Of a stretch of DNA of 32,000 bases, positions 28,184-32,000 are shown piece after piece. The stretch covers positions 1,020,001-1,052,000 of the forward strand of contig CP008936.1 in NCBI GenBank assembly GCA_000743035.1, read 5' to 3'. A model generated the notes under the pieces. That model had not been told where the DNA came from. It was given only the letters and a program-made list of their open reading frames with translations, and did not search any database. Source of the DNA: Candidatus Paracaedimonas acanthamoebae (lineage in GTDB: Bacteria; Pseudomonadota; Alphaproteobacteria; Caedimonadales; Caedimonadaceae). The position numbers were made by a program, and so were the translations under genes. The first letter of the stretch is position 1; each line of letters opens with the position of its first letter.

Positions 28184-30314
28184 CGCTCAGATCAAGAACC
28201 TTAAGACTCCAAGGACGCGTTCCGACTTCCTCATGAACGGTACGAACCTTAACGTCATTCTTTGTAAGCCAAATAAGGTGCCCACCTTTCATTTTTAAAT
28301 CGTATCCTGTAATCACGTTCGATATATTTGAAGCTTGCGTAATATAAGGAAGAATTTTGAGATCACCTCTCACGCTATGAAAATCTTTTTCTTGTTGATC
28401 TTTAGAAATTGTCACCATTTTTCCTGCTTTAGAAACGATATAATTTTTGCTTGTATTGAAGACTCCCAGCGATTGATCATCGCTGTCTTCCGAGAATTTT
28501 TGAGCTTCTTGCAGAGCAACCATTTTGAGCCAGTTCTCACGCGCAAATCTCCCTGCCTGCAATGAATTAACCCAACCTCTTCCTTTTGCATCTAAAATAC
28601 AGATAAGATTTTTGTCTCCTGCAATAAAAATATCTGGCTTATTTGGGAAACTTGCCAACATAAAAGCTATTATAACTCCACTCCCTCCCCACCACCTCCA
28701 TTGAGTCTTCCATAAACAAATCCATAAGAAGCTTAATGTAAATACGAGAAGAATCTGTGAAGAAATTGAAGGAACAAGAAGAGTTGAACCTGTCCACGAT
28801 GAAATCGCCTGTGCAATTTCAATCATAAACCTGATAACCTTTTGTAAGAAAAATGCGATATAGCCGGCCTTAGAAAATAAACTTAAGAATAAATATAAAA
28901 CAAGAGATGGCATAATGATAAATGATAGTAAGGGGATACATAGTATGTTTGCAGGAAGTGAATGAAGGGTGAAACGATTAAAGGTGTAAGCTATGTAAGG
29001 TGTTGTTGCTATTGTGGCAAGGATAGTTGAAAAGGTGACTCCAAATAAATAAAAAAATAAGATTTGCCACCATTGTTGGTAATTTGTGCGCCAATTTTCT
29101 AAAGGTTTACGCAGAATTTCATAGCCACTTACAAGAGCAATAACGGCTGAAAATGACATTTGAAAACTTGGCGAGATAATAGACTCTGGCAAGAGAAGAA
29201 GAATGACGATTGCAGCAAGTGCCACAGTGCGTAAAGTTATTGCCGTTCTATCCGTTATCACGGCTAATAAGATGATCGCTGTCATCATAAAAGCACGCTG
29301 GGCAGGAATGGCGAAATCACATAACACAAGATAGAAAAAAGTCAGAATAATCGCAATAGCTGCGGCCCATTTTTTTATGGGATATCTAAGTGCAAGCCAA
29401 GGAATAAAAGACAAGCTTTTACGAAAAATTAAAAAAGAAAGTCCAGCAACAATGGACAAATGAAGACCTGAAATTGCCAAAATATGAGCCAATCCTGAAT
29501 TAGCAAAATCCTGACGCAATTCTTCTGAAATACCTGCACGATCTCCTGTAATCAATGCAGCAGCAATAGCTCCCGAGCTCCCGCCTATTGTTGTTTTGAG
29601 GTATCTCGTTAATGAGTGCCTCATTTTCGTTAGCCATATGAGCACCCTTCCCTTCAATCCTTGTTGTACCAAACTCTCGATCACCTCAGGGGATGTGATC
29701 CCATATCCTACAGCTGAAATTTTCTCAAAAAATGCTTTCTTACGAAAATCATAGGCACCCGGCGCTATAGGTGCATTTGGTGGCAGTAAAACACCCTTAA
29801 ATTTCACTTTTTGACCTGGGATAAGATTTTTTCCTTCTGGCAGCATTTTTCCTTTAAAATTTATACGAATACGAGCAAGAGGATCTCTTAGTTTTATCGG
29901 CACCAAGGTGACGTTTTCAAGCGTAAGCCTCAGACCTTTTGGCATCTGCTCAATCTTCTTTATTTCTCCTTTTATGGTTTGCACTTGAGAAGGATAATTA
30001 AACAGATAGGTTCCAAGAGAATAGGTCCGCAATTGAGCGGCCATAAAACCCGAAAATATCGTTAAACTCATTAAGACAAGAAAGAATGCACTAGGATATT
30101 CTATTTTTAAAATTCGCAATAAAATCAAAAAAATACACGAAAACAGAACCCCTATTAATCCAGCCCACCATGAAGGCTCAGTTTGCATCCCAAAATAAAT
30201 GAGTATTCCCGTCCCTATCCCAACCGGTGCCCAAAGAATCCATTGAGTGCGTTCTTCTATGAGTTTTTCGCTCAAAACGCTAGAAAATTTAGTTGCTAGA
30301 AAAGATGCAGCCAT
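28155..30314 (-). CDS. comEC: ComEC/Rec2-family DNA internalisation channel protein
   Basis: 719 aa polytopic membrane protein. N-terminal OB-like region (DUF4131-like) and the competence domain (GLAHILAISGLHLSIV, PAQRAFMM). No HxHxDH motif is visible in the C-terminal region. Confidence 0.85.
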   Translation of the reverse strand: MAASFLATKFSSVLSEKLIEERTQWILWAPVGIGTGILIYFGMQTEPSWWAGLIGVLFSCIFLILLRILKIEYPSAFFLVLMSLTIFSGFMAAQLRTYSLGTYLFNYPSQVQTIKGEIKKIEQMPKGLRLTLENVTLVPIKLRDPLARIRINFKGKMLPEGKNLIPGQKVKFKGVLLPPNAPIAPGAYDFRKKAFFEKISAVGYGITSPEVIESLVQQGLKGRVLIWLTKMRHSLTRYLKTTIGGSSGAIAAALITGDRAGISEELRQDFANSGLAHILAISGLHLSIVAGLSFLIFRKSLSFIPWLALRYPIKKWAAAIAIILTFFYLVLCDFAIPAQRAFMMTAIILLAVITDRTAITLRTVALAAIVILLLLPESIISPSFQMSFSAVIALVSGYEILRKPLENWRTNYQQWWQILFFYLFGVTFSTILATIATTPYIAYTFNRFTLHSLPANILCIPLLSFIIMPSLVLYLFLSLFSKAGYIAFFLQKVIRFMIEIAQAISSWTGSTLLVPSISSQILLVFTLSFLWICLWKTQWRWWGGSGVIIAFMLASFPNKPDIFIAGDKNLICILDAKGRGWVNSLQAGRFARENWLKMVALQEAQKFSEDSDDQSLGVFNTSKNYIVSKAGKMVTISKDQQEKDFHSVRGDLKILPYITQASNISNVITGYDLKMKGGHLIWLTKNDVKVRTVHEEVGTRPWSLKVLDLSAKLEHRFLH

Positions 30315-30324
30315 TCCAAATATA

Positions 30325-30333
30325 TGTTATAAT
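30325..30333 (+). promoter_or_regulatory. Extended -10 element (TGtTATAAT) for gltX
   Basis: TGTTATAAT lies ~45 nt upstream of the gltX ATG, in the divergent comEC/gltX spacer. Confidence 0.4.
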
Positions 30334-30377
30334 AAAAATTATATTGTATAAGCACTTAATGATCTTAAAGGAATTAT

Positions 30378-31778
30378 ATGACTGTTGTCACTCGTTTTGC
30401 TCCCTCTCCCACTGGTTATTTACATATTGGTGGTGCAAGAACGGCTCTTTTCAATTGGCTTTATGCAAAGCATTTAAATGGAAAATTCTTGCTACGCATT
30501 GAGGATACCGACCGTGAACGCTCGACTAATGAGGCGATTAAAGCCATCATTGATAGTATGAAGTGGCTTGGATTAAACTGGGATGAAGATATTGTATTTC
30601 AATTCTCAAGAGCTCAACGCCATACCGAAATTGCGCATCAGTTAGTTGCTGAAGGTAAAGCATATTATTGCTTTTGTACCCCTGAAGAGCTTGAAAATAT
30701 GAGAGAAAAAGCTCGGCAAGAAAAACGGCAACCCCGTTATGACGGTCGTTGGAGAGATCGTGATATTCGCGAAGCCCCGCCAGGAATTAAGCCTGTTATT
30801 CGCTTAAAAGTTCCTTATGAAGGTGAGACAGGTATTTTAGACGTCGTCCAAGGTCAAGTTCGTGTTCAAAATAATCAACTTGATGATATGATTTTATTGC
30901 GAGCTGATGGGACACCTACCTATATGCTGGCTGTTGTTGTTGATGATCATGATATGAATATTACCCATGTGATCCGAGGAGATGATCATCTCACAAATAC
31001 TTTCAGGCAAATTCAAATCTATAATGCCATGAGCTGGAATACACCAACTTTTGCACATATTCCAATGATTCACGGAAATGATGGCGCAAAGCTCTCAAAA
31101 CGTCATGGCGCACTCGGTGTAGAAGCTTATCAAGACATGGGTTTTCTTCCTGAAGCAATGTGTAATTATTTACTACGCTTAGGTTGGGGATATGGAAATG
31201 AAGAAATCATTTCACAAGAGCAAGCTATCAGATGGTTTGACATCCAAAATGTGGGCCGGTCACCTGCACGTTTTGATCTTGCCAAATTAAAAAGCGTAAA
31301 TGCACATTATCTCAACCAAAGTGATGATCAACGTCTTAGCAATTTAATTGCCCCTTTCCTCGAAGAGAAGCTTGGAAAACCACTTAGCCTGTCTGAAAAA
31401 TCAACTTTAGAAGCAGCAATGCCAGGCTTAAAACAACGTGCCCAAACCACAATAGAGCTTGCAGATAGCGCGCTTTTTTATGTTCATAAGCGACCTATTC
31501 CTTTAGATGATAAAGCTTCTCAATTACTTGATAAAAATACTAAAGATTTATTAAAGGATTTTTTACCCAAATTAACTGGCGCTAAAGATTGGTCTCATGA
31601 TTCTCTACAAGAAATGTGTCGCATTTTTTCTGAAAATCGTGGAATAAAGCTTGGCCAAATTGCCCAACCTTTGCGTGCGGCGATTACTGGTCGTTCAATC
31701 TCCCCCAGTATTTTTGAAGTTATGGAAGTTTTAGGTCAGGAAGAGTGTTTAGGTCGCCTGCAAGATGTGTTAGGATAG
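30378..31778 (+). CDS. gltX: Glutamyl-tRNA synthetase
   Basis: 466 aa. HIGH motif ([12 protein letters not shown]), KMSKS-type KLSKR, class I GluRS core and anticodon-binding domain. Confidence 0.96.
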   Translation: MTVVTRFAPSPTGYLHIGGARTALFNWLYAKHLNGKFLLRIEDTDRERSTNEAIKAIIDSMKWLGLNWDEDIVFQFSRAQRHTEIAHQLVAEGKAYYCFCTPEELENMREKARQEKRQPRYDGRWRDRDIREAPPGIKPVIRLKVPYEGETGILDVVQGQVRVQNNQLDDMILLRADGTPTYMLAVVVDDHDMNITHVIRGDDHLTNTFRQIQIYNAMSWNTPTFAHIPMIHGNDGAKLSKRHGALGVEAYQDMGFLPEAMCNYLLRLGWGYGNEEIISQEQAIRWFDIQNVGRSPARFDLAKLKSVNAHYLNQSDDQRLSNLIAPFLEEKLGKPLSLSEKSTLEAAMPGLKQRAQTTIELADSALFYVHKRPIPLDDKASQLLDKNTKDLLKDFLPKLTGAKDWSHDSLQEMCRIFSENRGIKLGQIAQPLRAAITGRSISPSIFEVMEVLGQEECLGRLQDVLG

Positions 31779-31812
31779 CAATATTAGGCATATAGAGGAC
31801 AAGAAGCTAGAA

Positions 31813-32000
31813 ATGTCATCTCACAACAAATCAAGCTCCCTATCTCATCAAGGACAAGTTGCAAAGCTTACGCTTTCTAAGAATGGTATTGAACAATCTT
31901 TTGAATTTCCTATTTTATCTGGCACCTTAGGTCCAGATGTTCTGGATATACGTGAACTTTACACACAAACGGGTTATTTAACCTATGACCCAGGCTTCAC
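31813..32000 (+). CDS. gltA: Citrate synthase, N-terminal fragment (continues beyond the window)
   Basis: Hand translation from the ATG at 31813 gives MSSHNKSSSLSHQGQVAKLTLSKNGIEQSFEFPILSGTLGPDVLDIRELYTQTGYLTYDPGF. This is a typical type II citrate synthase N-terminus, and gltX-gltA adjacency is common in alphaproteobacteria. Confidence 0.8.
   Translation, partial: MSSHNKSSSLSHQGQVAKLTLSKNGIEQSFEFPILSGTLGPDVLDIRELYTQTGYLTYDPGF

Noticed and set aside
30293-30502. 69-aa plus-strand ORF overlapping the comEC start and the gltX 5' end
   Set aside because: It is out of frame with the well-supported gltX ORF, which has its HIGH motif at the N-terminus. It is AT-driven and has no SD.

Overview
This window looks like a conserved chromosomal core segment from a low-GC alphaproteobacterium, probably host-associated (Rickettsiales/Holosporales-like). 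That call rests on gene content: a mitochondrial-type PDH E1 alpha/beta, a tailed S16, a comEC-gltX-gltA neighbourhood and a eukaryote-like LRR protein. About 90% of the window is housekeeping genes. In order these are mreC(partial)-mreB, miaA, pdhABC, the ffh-rpsP-rimM-trmD-rplS operon, priA, tal, xerC, uvrA, typA, the rimP-nusA-infB-rbfA operon, comEC, gltX and gltA(partial). I found no tRNA, rRNA, CRISPR array, transposase or recognisable defence genes. Five things are not routine. (1) A ~1.15 kb ORF-free spacer between a SlyB-like lipoprotein gene and rimP (20376-21546) carries three copies of a ~32-nt hairpin module. The flanks are conserved (GTCAT...GATCTCAGG) and the stems covary. Two of the copies sit inside ~105-nt direct repeats, and a terminator-like leader hairpin lies just upstream of rimP. 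(2) priA is split by a frameshift in an A-rich tract. (3) A signal-peptide-bearing protein has both HxT/HxS motifs of the 2H phosphoesterase fold. (4) An AT-rich two-gene islet sits between rbfA and comEC: an orphan secreted protein plus a secreted RI/FBXL-like LRR protein. (5) The lipoprotein has a C-terminal AP(Q/R/H)Y repeat tail. None of these is a proven system. The repeat/hairpin locus and the secreted-protein islet are the best candidates for something undescribed. All calls come from reading the sequence and ORF translations by eye; no searches were run.
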